Virus record (IMG/VR): IMGVR_UViG_3300049201_000008 | Span: 1 to 64,000 of that record | Direction: 5' to 3' (one strand) | DNA length: 64,000 nucleotides | Origin: a virus | Taxonomy: Duplodnaviria; Caudoviricetes | Shown here: piece by piece, positions 43,366 to 51,712 of the stretch | Layout: each line of letters opens with the position of its first letter | Numbering within the stretch: the first letter of the stretch is position 1 | Translations under genes and position numbers: made by a program | Notes under the pieces: model-generated | What the model saw: only the letters and a program-made list of their open reading frames with translations | What the model was told of the DNA's origin: nothing | Databases searched by the model: none

Positions 43366-43928
43366 AGATTTCCACGCTCATCCGCCTCTTGGAAAAATGC
43401 GAAGGGCCTGACAGCAACCTTGACGCTGAAATCGCCGTCCAGTTGGACATTCGGCCTCAGTGGTTAACTGGAGCCGTTGGCGAACTCTGGTTCTGCAAGG
43501 AAGAGCATGCCGTCCTTTGGAGAGACGAACGCATGCGTCGAGGCAGGGGCAACCCAACGGCCTGGAACACGCTATATTCCGGCGAAAACAAAATCCCATC
43601 CTTCACGGGCTCGGTAGACGTCGCCATTGCGCTCTGCGAGCGAGTATTGCCCGGATGGGGCTACTGTCTCGGAACCTGCTGGGTTTCGGACGATGCTAGG
43701 GTTTTCCCCGACTACAACAGCCCTACCCACGGCCAGCAGTTAAAGGAACGATTTGCGGTAAAGGTCGGCGCAGAGCCAGAGAAGTGGGCAGAGGAAGTCG
43801 AGTGGGTGGATTTCACTGACATAGCATTGTCGCCGCCGCGCGGACTGGCGATTGCACTTTGCCTGTCGATACTGATCGCCGTCCGGAAGATTGAAGAACT
43901 GGAGGCTATCAGTGTCCCTGCCGTATGA
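43362..43928 (+). CDS. Hypothetical protein
   Basis: LEKCEGPDSNLDAEI...FTGSVDVAIALCERVLPGW motif. Confidence 0.75.
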   Translation: MKISTLIRLLEKCEGPDSNLDAEIAVQLDIRPQWLTGAVGELWFCKEEHAVLWRDERMRRGRGNPTAWNTLYSGENKIPSFTGSVDVAIALCERVLPGWGYCLGTCWVSDDARVFPDYNSPTHGQQLKERFAVKVGAEPEKWAEEVEWVDFTDIALSPPRGLAIALCLSILIAVRKIEELEAISVPAV

Positions 43929-44358
43929 GCGAGCCACCAGCGGGAAGGCCGCCCTTGGGGATATCCAGAAAATCCTCAAGGAGTTCGGCGCGAAGTCGTT
44001 CGGCTCCATGGAAGATTTCGAGACTGGTGATCTGCTCATCCAGTTCGAATGGCGAGAGCGAAAGGTATCGCTCAAGGCGAGCGCTAAAGGCTATGCGGCG
44101 GCATATTTGAAACACCATCCGTGGTCATCGCGCATGCGATCCACCCGCGTCGACTATGAGCGCAAGGCTTTGGACCAGGGAATGATCGCCGTCTATTCGA
44201 TCCTGCGGGATTGGATCAAGGGGCAGATCACCGCAGTGGAGACGGGGATTCTCTCGTTCGAAGGTGCGTTCCTTGGCCAGATTTTGCTCGCCAGCGGCCG
44301 AACGGTCCTTGAGGAAGCCGAAGATACCATTCTCAAATTGGGAGGGCCGAAGCCGTGA
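43912..44358 (+). CDS. Conserved hypothetical phage protein
   Basis: LPYERATSG...ILRDWIKGQITAVETGILSFEGAFL; GGAGG RBS before GTG. Confidence 0.75.
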   Translation: MSLPYERATSGKAALGDIQKILKEFGAKSFGSMEDFETGDLLIQFEWRERKVSLKASAKGYAAAYLKHHPWSSRMRSTRVDYERKALDQGMIAVYSILRDWIKGQITAVETGILSFEGAFLGQILLASGRTVLEEAEDTILKLGGPKP

Positions 44359-44495
44359 GCATGCGCGCCATCCACAAGCGCCGCAAGCGGCATCAACAAA
44401 AGCAGGCCCTGAAGTTCGGCCCGAAGGCGAAACCTCGCCACACCCTTAAATCTGGGCGAACAGGCAACGTTCACGACAGGAAGATGAAGCCATGA
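44355..44495 (+). CDS. Small basic protein (46 aa)
   Basis: Lys/Arg-rich; start and stop overlap neighbours. Confidence 0.45.
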   Translation: MSMRAIHKRRKRHQQKQALKFGPKAKPRHTLKSGRTGNVHDRKMKP

Positions 44496-44755
44496 GAGAA
44501 CGCCAGCCCATCAACTGGCTACCACTTACCGACGACGAATTCGTCAAGACGGCGGAAACCCAGATTTGGCTGTCTGCCTTTGCCAACAACAACCCGCGCG
44601 CCCCTGCTCATAAGGAAACCGACGCTGCCTTTGCAGAAGCAAGGCGCCGGGAGAAGCCATGGCTCTATCAGCGAGCATGGAACAAAGCCTATCTGTCGTG
44701 TGGGCATCAGCCGAGCGATGCAGAGATTGAGGCAGCAAGGGAGCCGACGTCATGA
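44492..44755 (+). CDS. Hypothetical protein
   Basis: 87 aa, coupled. Confidence 0.65.
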   Translation: MRERQPINWLPLTDDEFVKTAETQIWLSAFANNNPRAPAHKETDAAFAEARRREKPWLYQRAWNKAYLSCGHQPSDAEIEAAREPTS

Positions 44756-45309
44756 CCAGCGACCTCCCCCACCGCCTCCGCATCGCATGCTCGTCAGAGA
44801 GCCCGTTGGGAAGGCTTTGCTCTGAGGCGGCGGATGCACTGGAAGCTGCAAGAGACGACAATCTTCGTCTCGCAGGCCAACTGCTTCGCTATAAATCGGA
44901 TCGTCAATACATCCTTGGCTTCAATGATGGATGGGAAGCCGCCGGTGAGGCGCCCGCAGCCCCTCATGGGGCAGAGGTAGCCGTCGATATCGCCAACGCC
45001 CCCGCCTTCAAACCATCCATCATTGAATACCCAGATGCAGGCCATACCGAAATGCTGCTGGAGGATTGCCCCACAATCGTCGGGCAGGAAATGACGGTGC
45101 GGCCACTGAAGCGGATGAGCGACGATCCTGACAAGCGGGACATCGTCGGTTTCCAGTGGGATTCGCCGTACTCAAAGCTGGATGAGCCGCAACATGCCGA
45201 CAATTTGCGCCACGGCCTCCAGAACGTCGCCGATAGCCTGAAATCCAGGCCGCCAGAATTGCGCGGGCCGTTTGTGAGCAGCGCGACGAAGCGAGGTGAC
45301 GAGCAATGA
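44752..45309 (+). CDS. Hypothetical protein
   Basis: 185 aa; LCSEAADALE motif. Confidence 0.65.
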   Translation: MTSDLPHRLRIACSSESPLGRLCSEAADALEAARDDNLRLAGQLLRYKSDRQYILGFNDGWEAAGEAPAAPHGAEVAVDIANAPAFKPSIIEYPDAGHTEMLLEDCPTIVGQEMTVRPLKRMSDDPDKRDIVGFQWDSPYSKLDEPQHADNLRHGLQNVADSLKSRPPELRGPFVSSATKRGDEQ

Positions 45310-45509
45310 ACCTTCCCAGCGTCACCGTCATCACTCTGGAAATAGACGGACGGAAGCACACCTTCGCCGCCCCTATCGGCGATCGCGATCCTATGGAAGT
45401 CACCTTGGGTGAATGGATGGCGTGTCCGCTCCTGTCGGCGGACGCTATGGTGGATCAGCTTTTCAGAGAGCATCGCGATGCTCGCCAGTCGAACGGAGAT
45501 CAGCCATGA
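45306..45509 (+). CDS. Hypothetical protein
   Basis: 67 aa, coupled. Confidence 0.55.
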   Translation: MNLPSVTVITLEIDGRKHTFAAPIGDRDPMEVTLGEWMACPLLSADAMVDQLFREHRDARQSNGDQP

Positions 45510-45814
45510 GCGAGACGGATATCGTGGAACGGCTGCGCAAAGCTGCAAGTGACTTCGAAGCGATGCGCGTCCACTCCGCCAACATGGAAGATAGCGATTG
45601 CGAGCCGCATTGGTCCGATCAGTTGGAGATGGACGACGCCAGCAAGGCAGCCTTTGAAGCCGCCGATCTCATCGCCAGCCTCCGCCAAGAGCGAGACGCC
45701 ATCAGGGAGGCAACGATTAACGAAGCCATGGCATTGACGGAACGGCTCTGGCCGGAAGCGGACGATCTGCTTGATGAATTCCGAGCCCTATCGACTGCAG
45801 AGGTGAAGCCGTGA
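45506..45814 (+). CDS. Hypothetical protein
   Basis: DIVERLRK...EAADLIASLR motif. Confidence 0.65.
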   Translation: MSETDIVERLRKAASDFEAMRVHSANMEDSDCEPHWSDQLEMDDASKAAFEAADLIASLRQERDAIREATINEAMALTERLWPEADDLLDEFRALSTAEVKP

Positions 45815-46005
45815 CCGAACTCGTCTCCGAGCTAAAAATCGCCGCTCGCGAACTCCTCGACTCCGTCTCCTTTGACGAGAACGGCGAACTCATCGGCGGC
45901 AAATGGATGGGCGGTCACGGTGGCCTGATATCCCAGAAGACGCACCAAAAGGCCGACACGTTGCGGCGGGTGCTCAGCAGGTTCGAGGAAGGGCAGAAGC
46001 CATGA
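45811..46005 (+). CDS. Hypothetical protein
   Basis: 64 aa, coupled. Confidence 0.6.
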   Translation: MTELVSELKIAARELLDSVSFDENGELIGGKWMGGHGGLISQKTHQKADTLRRVLSRFEEGQKP

Positions 46006-46232
46006 GCTACGCCTACGATCCCACCTCACCCATTCACAAGCTCTGGCAGGACGACAAAGGCCATGTCCGCGTTATCTGCGAGCCCGCCCAAGGCTATGTG
46101 ATGGCGAGGCGGCCTGGTGCCATGCCGTTCGTCATCAGCGTCTCCGATCTCCTGTCAGGCAAGCGATACCAGCCGGTTATCAGGCCCAAAGCGAAGTCGG
46201 TTCGGGATGCATTGGAAGGAGCGAAATCATGA
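46002..46232 (+). CDS. Hypothetical protein
   Basis: GYVMARRPGAMPFV motif. Confidence 0.65.
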   Translation: MSYAYDPTSPIHKLWQDDKGHVRVICEPAQGYVMARRPGAMPFVISVSDLLSGKRYQPVIRPKAKSVRDALEGAKS

Positions 46233-46459
46233 ACCTTGGCAAACGGGAGCGAGAAATTTTAGTGCGCCTACGTGATGCGGAGAACTCCACATCATCAGCA
46301 TTTCTGCTGCGCTGCACCCCAGCCGCGCTTTGGGACTTAGAGTTCAAGAAGTTGGTGAAGCCTATTGGCGGGGCCGGTAGCGCAGCTTTCCCGCGTCATC
46401 GGGACTGGCAGATCACCGACGCCGGCCGGGATGCAATCAGGGAGGCGGAATCCAAATGA
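46229..46459 (+). CDS. Winged-helix-like hypothetical protein
   Basis: WQITDAGR C-terminal motif. Confidence 0.6.
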   Translation: MNLGKREREILVRLRDAENSTSSAFLLRCTPAALWDLEFKKLVKPIGGAGSAAFPRHRDWQITDAGRDAIREAESK

Positions 46460-46797
46460 CAGAAACCCTCCCCGCAGTCAAAACCATCTTCACCGACGAT
46501 CTAATCCGCCGCATTGCCATGGATATCGGCAAGGAGGTGGTTGCGCATATCGAGCACGCATACCCTGACATGTTCAGGGCGGTTGCCGCCAATTCGGCAA
46601 AACTCTCAATCCGCAACGCCACTTATAGCGCAGTCTATGCAGCCGTCAGGGCCGCAGACGAAGGGCGGATTGAGGAAGCCCTGAAAGCTCACGATGAGCA
46701 CCGTCGCAAGATGCGCAGGCTTCGGAAGGCCAGCAATGTGGCCGACGTGGTGCGCGACACTGCAAGCGGCAGGGAGCGGGACGGAGGTGGAGGATGA
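46456..46797 (+). CDS. Hypothetical protein
   Basis: IAMDIGKEVVAHIEHAYP motif. Confidence 0.65.
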   Translation: MTETLPAVKTIFTDDLIRRIAMDIGKEVVAHIEHAYPDMFRAVAANSAKLSIRNATYSAVYAAVRAADEGRIEEALKAHDEHRRKMRRLRKASNVADVVRDTASGRERDGGGG

Positions 46798-47279
46798 CGG
46801 CGCCTGCAGCTATTCGCCAGTCGGAAATCAAACGTGTCTCATATGCGCAGCGGGTACGCTTTGAAAGCGATTCCGATGGTGAGGTTGGATACGTCTATTT
46901 TATCCGGCCTGCCAACGAACCATTTTTCAAGATCGGTTGGGCTAAGGACTTCAACAAGCGTCTGAACGAACTTCAAGTCGGCAACCATTGCCCTCTATCT
47001 GTTTGCTTCGCTGCCCGGACGTTCGCCAAGTCCGAAAAGCTGATCCATGCCGCCTTTAAGCCTTTGAGGACGAACGGCGAATGGTTTCAATCTCATGGCG
47101 CAATCTTTGAACTAATGGATGAACTCGAATGCGCAGCGCTTGTGGCGCTCATTCATGCGCATCAGGATTTGCCCCAGCCAATCAAATACACCGACCTCGA
47201 AGACATTCCGCTACCTCCATTGCTTGTCCTTGGCATTCTGGACGAATTGGAGGATGTGGATAGCGGGGAGAAACCCTGA
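46794..47279 (+). CDS. T5orf172/GIY-YIG-like protein (second copy)
   Basis: GYVYFI...FKIGWAKD..KRL.ELQVGN...EKLIH..F...RTNGEWF. Confidence 0.85.
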   Translation: MTAPAAIRQSEIKRVSYAQRVRFESDSDGEVGYVYFIRPANEPFFKIGWAKDFNKRLNELQVGNHCPLSVCFAARTFAKSEKLIHAAFKPLRTNGEWFQSHGAIFELMDELECAALVALIHAHQDLPQPIKYTDLEDIPLPPLLVLGILDELEDVDSGEKP

Positions 47280-47611
47280 TGGATAATGTTTTTACCCCCG
47301 CCACGCTGGCGGAACGCTGGGATTGCTCCGAACGTCACGTCCGCAATCTCATCAACAAAGGAAAGCTTGGATGCTTCAAGCTCGGTGGTAAACTGGTGCG
47401 CATCCGGCAAAGCGACGTGGAGAAATTCGAATGTCAGAGTGGCGGGTTACCAGACTTAACGGAGAATTCTGCCTCACCTGGGACGAAACCAGTCCTGACG
47501 GACATCCGGTCCGAAGGCGCTATCGTCTTGGAACTTCCGACGCGCGAGAGGCGCAAGCCCGTGCCGCGGCTCGATATTCGGAAATCACCAGGCCAGCCGG
47601 AAAAACCGTAA
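47279..47611 (+). CDS. xis: Excisionase (HTH_17/MerR-like)
   Basis: FTPATLAERWDCSERHVRNLINKGKLGCFKLGGKLVRIR; upstream of and overlapping integrase. Confidence 0.85.
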   Translation: MDNVFTPATLAERWDCSERHVRNLINKGKLGCFKLGGKLVRIRQSDVEKFECQSGGLPDLTENSASPGTKPVLTDIRSEGAIVLELPTRERRKPVPRLDIRKSPGQPEKP

Positions 47612-48438
47612 AGGCACTTTGGGACGGCTATTGCAAGGACAAGGCCGGGCAATCCGTCATCACCACCATGGGATATACGTGGAAGGCATTGGAGCCTGTC
47701 TTCGGCCATCTGGACGGCGATGCGATCACATTGGAGGATTGCCGCAGCTACACAAAGATGCGCCGCGCCGCCAAGAAATCGGACGGTTCGATCTGGACGG
47801 AACTTGGCCACCTTCGTTCTGTGCTCGTATGGGCGAAGAATAACAAGATCATCGCCGAGGCACCGAAAATCGAACGCCCGACGAAGCCCGAGCCGAAGGA
47901 TAGATATCTGACACGGGAGGAAATTGCCCGCCTCATGGATCATGCGAAAGTCCCGCATATCCGCTTGGCCATCCTTTTGCTGATATCCACGGGCGCGAGA
48001 TCGGCCGCAGCTCTCGAACTGACTTGGGATCGCGTCGACTTCGAAAGGGGAATTATCCAACTCCGGAATCGCTTTGACGGCAGTCGCCGGAAGGGGCGCG
48101 CGACAGTTCCGATGAATGACGGTTTGCGCGCCGAATTGGAAATAGCCAAGAAAGCCGCCTTGACGAACTATGTCATCGAATGGGCTGGCGACAAGGTGAA
48201 GTCGATCAGAAAGGGAATTGAATCAGCCGCGAAAGCCGCGGGCCTTGACGAGGTGTCACCTCACGTCTTCCGGCATAGCGCTGCTGTCTGGCTTGTCGAA
48301 GACGGGCATTCGTTTGAGGAGGTGGCGCAATATCTGGGCCACAACGACGTGAAAATCACCTTCAAAGTGTACGGAAGATTTTCTCCGACGCATCTTCGGA
48401 GCCTTGCAAACACCTTGGAAATCAAACGCGGCGCATAG
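47431..48438 (+). CDS. int: Tyrosine integrase
   Basis: STGAR, HVFRH, LGH, Y catalytic residues; 335 aa. Confidence 0.95.
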   Translation: MSEWRVTRLNGEFCLTWDETSPDGHPVRRRYRLGTSDAREAQARAAARYSEITRPAGKTVKALWDGYCKDKAGQSVITTMGYTWKALEPVFGHLDGDAITLEDCRSYTKMRRAAKKSDGSIWTELGHLRSVLVWAKNNKIIAEAPKIERPTKPEPKDRYLTREEIARLMDHAKVPHIRLAILLLISTGARSAAALELTWDRVDFERGIIQLRNRFDGSRRKGRATVPMNDGLRAELEIAKKAALTNYVIEWAGDKVKSIRKGIESAAKAAGLDEVSPHVFRHSAAVWLVEDGHSFEEVAQYLGHNDVKITFKVYGRFSPTHLRSLANTLEIKRGA

Positions 48439-48463
48439 GCCAAAGTTTGGAAGAACCTGTGGA

Positions 48464-48694
48464 GCACTTCGTAAAATTATGGTAGAAATCGCTGAAAGTA
48501 CTGGAAATCTCGGGATTAGCTGGTGGGCGATGACGGACTCGAACCGCCGACATCTTCGGTGTAAACGAAGCGTCGTTCACGGAATGCGGTGGAACTGCGG
48601 GAAACGCACCCTTCGTATTCGGCCATTTCAGGCATTATGTGCTTCCTATGTTCCGTTTTCCAGGTTCAGCGAACCGGAGCGCACTTCGTAAAAT
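48464..48694 (+). repeat. 14-bp direct repeat GCACTTCGTAAAAT (48464-48477, 48681-48694) flanking the att core; candidate arm-type sites
   Basis: Two exact copies seen, one on each side of the tRNA fragment. Confidence 0.6.
48521..48571 (-). other. attP core: 3' part of tRNA-Val(UAC), anticodon arm to CCA
   Basis: Minus strand CTTCG-TTTACAC-CGAAG...GGCGGTTCGAGTCCGTCATCGCCCACCA; no 5' acceptor or D-arm half; directly after int. Confidence 0.88.
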
Positions 48695-48790
48695 GGAAAC
48701 CATCACCACCGCAGCAATCCGTGTCGGCGGCATCGTGTTCTTCGCCCCGCGCCCTGCCCGTCACCATGATGTGCTGTGGTTGATGGGACG
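48693..48790 (+). pseudogene. N-terminal remnant of a conserved phage gene
   Basis: METITTAAIRVGGIVFFAPRPARHHDVLW, then runs into the antisense of the next gene. Confidence 0.45.
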
Positions 48791-48805
48791 GGGCTTTGGT
48801 CGAAC

Positions 48806-49282
48806 TCACTCGCCCTGCGTCTTTTTGGTCTTCTCACGTCGCTTCAGTTCCCGTTCGATCGCGGCGCGTATCAGGTCGAGCCGAACCTCGTCAGGCTCTA
48901 GGACTGAATCGATCCTCTCCGTCGTGCCTTCGGCCAACGGTAGTTGGATACGCTCGGTCCATTGCTTCTTTCGCCCCACTACTCGCTTGGCCTGTTCGCC
49001 ACCCCCTGACAGATTTGCAGCCGTGTCTACTGCATCTCTTGCCTGCTGCAAAGTCACATCAAACCATTCTCCCTGACGCATGAAATCCTTCAGAAGGAAA
49101 TGAGCATGCCCCTCAACATTCGAAGCTATGGCGATAGGAACGTCGCGCGAGTAGAGAACTTTGAGTTTGCGAAGCCCAGCCCGCGCGAGTGCGGAGCATC
49201 GTTTGCTAGGTGTGGCCGAGATGCCAACCTTCTTCACTCCTGCCGCCGCTCTGTTGCCAATCACATAAATCATCGTGCGCAT
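48806..49282 (-). CDS. T5orf172/GIY-YIG-like domain fused to ribbon-helix-helix-like C-terminus
   Basis: IYVIG...KKVGIS..PSKR...EGHAH...RQGEWF plus RIQLPLAEGTTERIDSVL...IRAAIERELKRR. Confidence 0.8.
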   Translation of the reverse strand: MRTMIYVIGNRAAAGVKKVGISATPSKRCSALARAGLRKLKVLYSRDVPIAIASNVEGHAHFLLKDFMRQGEWFDVTLQQARDAVDTAANLSGGGEQAKRVVGRKKQWTERIQLPLAEGTTERIDSVLEPDEVRLDLIRAAIERELKRREKTKKTQGE

Positions 49283-49307
49283 AATCAGGCTTCTCCAGTT
49301 TTTTCAC

Positions 49308-49364
49308 ATACACGATTGACGTAGTATCATATACACGTTATATCGTCAATCAGATACACGATTG
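49308..49364. promoter_or_regulatory. Divergent control region with three ATACACG repeats at 23-bp period and TTGACG/CGTCAA inverted repeat
   Basis: ATACACG at 49308, 49331, 49354. Confidence 0.65.
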
Positions 49365-49375
49365 GAGGTAACAAA

Positions 49376-49753
49376 ATGGACTTTCATTACACGGTAAAAG
49401 GCGGATGGCCTTTCCCGCTCGACATGCTACGGCGCGATATGGCCGTTGCGGCAACGCCTGAAGACCAGGCTGAGATCGATCGGCTCTCCGCCCCGTATGC
49501 GCCTGACAGGGATGCCATTCGGATCGATAGGACGATCAATCTGATAATCCAGGACGCGGGCCGCTGGAGGCCAAACACCGCCCGCTGGAGAAGCTTCGGA
49601 TGGGACGTTCCCGACGATGAAGAATTCAAAATGCTCTCTGAGGATCGCGCTCGACGCGCCAGGATGGAAACCCTTCGTCGATCGGCAATGGCCAAGCTGA
49701 CGGCAGAGGAGAGAGAGGCGCTTGAGTGGTTCAGACCAGAGTTCCAGGGGTGA
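49376..49753 (+). CDS. Hypothetical protein
   Basis: YTVKGGWPFPLDMLRRD...PNTARWRSFGW; GGAGG RBS. Confidence 0.75.
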   Translation: MDFHYTVKGGWPFPLDMLRRDMAVAATPEDQAEIDRLSAPYAPDRDAIRIDRTINLIIQDAGRWRPNTARWRSFGWDVPDDEEFKMLSEDRARRARMETLRRSAMAKLTAEEREALEWFRPEFQG

Positions 49754-49757
49754 GGCG

Positions 49758-49988
49758 ATGATCTACGCGATTCGCTACATGAACGGCCGACACACCCTGA
49801 TGGAGTTCGACAGCCAAGCGGCTGTCTCTCGGTACACAGCGGTTGTGCCTACCGCCACCGGGGTCGTCATGCGCCACGTCGATACGGCAACCGCCCGAAA
49901 GTGGGTGATCGACGGCAAGGAGCACGAGACTGGCCTGTTCATCAATGACGACGGCAGCGTCGAGTATGCCCCTGCTGAAGGGGAGTGA
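49758..49988 (+). CDS. Hypothetical protein
   Basis: MIYAIRY, GAGG RBS. Confidence 0.65.
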   Translation: MIYAIRYMNGRHTLMEFDSQAAVSRYTAVVPTATGVVMRHVDTATARKWVIDGKEHETGLFINDDGSVEYAPAEGE

Positions 49989-50141
49989 CATAGGCCGTTT
50001 GCCCGATCCGCTCCGAGCTGTGAGTCCACTCCACGGACCGGGCAAACTACCGTCAGAGCAAGGAGCTTATCCCTTGAATGTGAGGAGCTGGGATACTCGA
50101 CATGATCAACTCTTATCCCACGGATTCGAGGGATACCCGTA

Positions 50142-50282
50142 ATGCCTCGCTTCAAAATCCTTAAGCATCGCCTGCCTATCGTCCCGCGGTTCGCCCATCA
50201 CGTCGCCGGCCGCAAGCAGTTCGACACTCGTTATTCCCCTGCCATAAGGGCAATGTGGGGCATTGGAGATTACGGGATATGA
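50142..50282 (+). CDS. Small hypothetical protein (46 aa)
   Basis: GAGGGA RBS; stop overlaps next start. Confidence 0.4.
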   Translation: MPRFKILKHRLPIVPRFAHHVAGRKQFDTRYSPAIRAMWGIGDYGI

Positions 50283-50494
50283 AGTGGGAAGACATCAAGC
50301 GCGTGGGTGATGATGCCCGCGTCTCCATCGCCGCCAATTCCGATCACCATTGGGATCGATCGTTTGCCAGCGGGGAATTTCTTGAGCCCGAACTATGGGA
50401 AGCGCTCCGCCTCGAAATGCAGCGGCGGTACCGCCGGGCAACAGGTGAGGAATTGGCAGTCCTGACAATCGTGAACAATCCGGAGGCAAAATGA
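50279..50494 (+). CDS. Hypothetical protein
   Basis: MKWEDIK, coupled. Confidence 0.55.
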   Translation: MKWEDIKRVGDDARVSIAANSDHHWDRSFASGEFLEPELWEALRLEMQRRYRRATGEELAVLTIVNNPEAK

Positions 50495-50742
50495 AAAAGG
50501 TCCGCAACTACCTCAAGCGCCGCGACGGAACGCCATGGACGCATGGCAGCGTGCTCATGCATGTTGCTGATCGCATTGATGTCGCCAGCCGGGAAGGCAA
50601 AGGGCTCCACTTGTCGGCGGAGGAGGTGCTGGCGCTAGATTGGGCGGTGATCCGCGAGCACGGTTATGGGCTCAGTCCGGAGGAGAATTGGCGATCGATG
50701 TCAGCTCGTGAAGCCGCCGACGAGAAAGGCGAGGAGCCATGA
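50491..50742 (+). CDS. Hypothetical protein
   Basis: 83 aa, GGAGG RBS. Confidence 0.65.
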   Translation: MKKVRNYLKRRDGTPWTHGSVLMHVADRIDVASREGKGLHLSAEEVLALDWAVIREHGYGLSPEENWRSMSAREAADEKGEEP

Positions 50743-51110
50743 CCATCCCCGATGCAATGGTAACAGCCGGCGCTATTGCTGGTGATGTTACAGACGATAA
50801 AGCACGGCAGATAATCGAGGCGGCTCTTGCTGCTGAACCGGAAGTCAAGATCATGCCGAGAGGTGGCGTTGAGCGCGACTGGTGGACGGAATATCAATTG
50901 CTGTTGCGGCGGTTCAAGAAACTCGCCAAAGCTGCCCGTCAGTGCGTCGATGAAGTCGATGCCAATCTCACCAAAGATGACTGGCCGGTAAAGTACCGGG
51001 CTCCGTTCGGCGCGCTGATAAAACTGCGGGAGGCTCTTCCTAAAACTTATGAGGAGTTCAAGGTGCGGAAAGCCTCCCTCTCCCCGTCTCCAGTACAGGA
51101 GGTGAAGTAG
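50739..51110 (+). CDS. Hypothetical protein
   Basis: 123 aa, GAGGAG RBS. Confidence 0.65.
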   Translation: MTIPDAMVTAGAIAGDVTDDKARQIIEAALAAEPEVKIMPRGGVERDWWTEYQLLLRRFKKLAKAARQCVDEVDANLTKDDWPVKYRAPFGALIKLREALPKTYEEFKVRKASLSPSPVQEVK

Positions 51111-51356
51111 ATGTTCGACGTTGTCATTTATGACGCTGATACGGATGAGGAGATTATCCCGTCGTTGAAAATGGACATCAAGCCATCGGTAGGCGAGTCA
51201 GTCCACTATTGGGTTACGCATTTCCCGCGGCCCGATGGAGAGAAAATCGACATCGAGATTATCCGCTTGAGGCACGATATCCGCCATGCCCCAGACGAAC
51301 GCCGGCTGGAAGATAAGTTCATTCACAGTTTGGAAATTTGGGGAAGACGGATATGA
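51111..51356 (+). CDS. Hypothetical protein
   Basis: 81 aa, AGGAGG RBS. Confidence 0.65.
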   Translation: MFDVVIYDADTDEEIIPSLKMDIKPSVGESVHYWVTHFPRPDGEKIDIEIIRLRHDIRHAPDERRLEDKFIHSLEIWGRRI

Positions 51357-51709
51357 GCGAGCGGCAGGAGTGCTTCGTATTTGGCAGCAACGCCGCGGGA
51401 CGCCATGGCAAAGGTGCCGCCCTCTACGCCAAACAGCACCATGGAGCCATATATGGCCAAGGAGAAGGCTTGCAGGGCAACAGCTATGCGATCCCCACCA
51501 AGGACGCCAAGCTGCGTGTGCGTTCGCTGGACGATATCGCCGCCAGTATAGCCATCTTCCTCGAATTTGCGCTTTCACACCCGGAAATGAAATTCTTGGT
51601 TACGCCTGTGGGCTGTGGCCTCGCGGGATATCGGCAGGAAGAAATCAAACCGTTCTTTGATTTGCCGCTGCCGGCGAACTGCAGGTACAGCAAGGAGTGG
51701 GAGATTTAG
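51353..51709 (+). CDS. A1S_2505-family phage non-structural protein (macrodomain-like)
   Basis: FVFGSNAAGRHGKGAAL...GQGEGLQGNSYAIPTK...FLVTPVGCGLAG. Confidence 0.8.
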   Translation: MSERQECFVFGSNAAGRHGKGAALYAKQHHGAIYGQGEGLQGNSYAIPTKDAKLRVRSLDDIAASIAIFLEFALSHPEMKFLVTPVGCGLAGYRQEEIKPFFDLPLPANCRYSKEWEI

Positions 51710-51712
51710 ACG

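Noticed and set aside
48521-48571. Complete tRNA-Val gene
   Set aside because: The 5' acceptor strand and D-arm are absent upstream, so it is interpreted as the attP core.
48570-48680. Alphaproteobacterial LexA box (GTTC-N7-GTTC) near attP
   Set aside because: The GTTC pair seen is spaced by 10 nt, not 7.
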